Below the pieces are notes generated by a model. That model worked only from the letters and a program-made list of their open reading frames with translations, was not told the origin of the DNA and searched no databases. Of a stretch of 35,453 bases of DNA, positions 35,024 to 35,453 are shown in pieces. The stretch comes from an uncultured Clostridia bacterium (lineage in GTDB: Bacteria; Bacillota; Clostridia; Christensenellales; UBA3700), in the NCBI GenBank assembly GCA_946623205.1, contig CAMOQV010000003.1, forward strand, positions 1-35,453. The letters are read 5' to 3'. Position 1 is the first letter of the stretch, and each line of letters starts with the position of its first letter. The translations under genes were made by a program, and so were the position numbers.

Positions 35024-35453
35024 ATGAAAAATAATAGAACAACTAACAAAATATTAATTAGCATACTAGTTATCTTCTTTGTTGCAATGCTTGGTTATTG
35101 CGTTGTGGCTTTCAACAATGTTGAAGAAATAAATACAGTTTATGCTGATCAAGCTGGTATAAATGGAACTGTAATTGAAAATTACAGCACTAGTTATACT
35201 AGTGGAGCGGATTTATCTAATGCTACAGCGCTTAATAATTGGCTAAATGGTACAGGCACTGAGGGCACCAAAGCCGATGCATATTTAAGCGATGACATTA
35301 CTTTAAATTTGACAAGCACAACAAGCACAGCAATATTAGATGGTAAGCGTTTAGATGGCTGTGGTAAGACCATTACAATTAATGTTACGACTTCTAATTA
35401 TGCTTATTCATGGGTAACAACACGTGAAGCAACAGACACAGAAGATGGACTGA
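35024..35453 (+). CDS. 5' part of a third secreted or surface protein related to the preceding gene; truncated by window edge
   Basis: SD AAGGAGGT; MKNNRTTNKILISILVIFFVAMLGYCVVAF...VYA-D; AYLSDDITL...LDGCGKTITI; frame open to the end. Not in ORF track. Confidence 0.85.
   Translation, partial: MKNNRTTNKILISILVIFFVAMLGYCVVAFNNVEEINTVYADQAGINGTVIENYSTSYTSGADLSNATALNNWLNGTGTEGTKADAYLSDDITLNLTSTTSTAILDGKRLDGCGKTITINVTTSNYAYSWVTTREATDTEDGL

Noticed and set aside
1431-35064. Many short antisense or alternate-frame ORFs inside long genes (e.g. 1431-2069, 13541-13924, 29373-29792)
   Set aside because: Shadow ORFs of well-supported genes with no recognisable motifs.
35090-35101. Lipobox in the third surface protein (LGYC)
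   Set aside because: Tyr at -1 does not fit a lipobox and the hydrophobic stretch continues; an SPase I site at VYA-D is more plausible.

Overview
AT-rich chromosomal window, most likely from an anaerobic Firmicute (Clostridia-like; inferred from SigH, Mini-III, PFL/ACT pair and sigma-A promoters). Standard genetic code; no rRNA, tRNA, CRISPR or mobile element seen. Left to right: (1) back-to-back metal homeostasis units, csoR plus a truncated GMSCA-type copper gene on the minus strand and an ArsR/SmtB repressor plus a CadA/ZntA ATPase with three tandem HMA domains on the plus strand, each with a promoter and operator; (2) a catabolic-looking cluster with no transporter: membrane-embedded M28 hydrolase divergent from class III aminotransferase, FGGY kinase and two class II aldolases (one degenerate), running into mrnC and sigH; (3) a minus-strand, probably leaderless operon: alpha/beta-hydrolase-fold pseudoenzyme, lepB, an unannotated 59-aa four-Cys protein, ACT, PFL-family and rlmB; (4) a zinc-ribbon membrane protein and a CiaRH-like two-component system, then two CiaR-type direct-repeat boxes in front of a >17 kb operon of giant surface proteins (3535-aa lipoprotein with about five repeated beta/helix modules and Ig-like repeats, 2032-aa GLUG/MBG-type membrane-anchored protein, and a truncated third paralog). 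The best candidates for an undescribed system are the amino-polyol (possibly sphingoid-base) catabolic cluster and the TCS-controlled giant lipoprotein operon; both functional models are inference and need testing.
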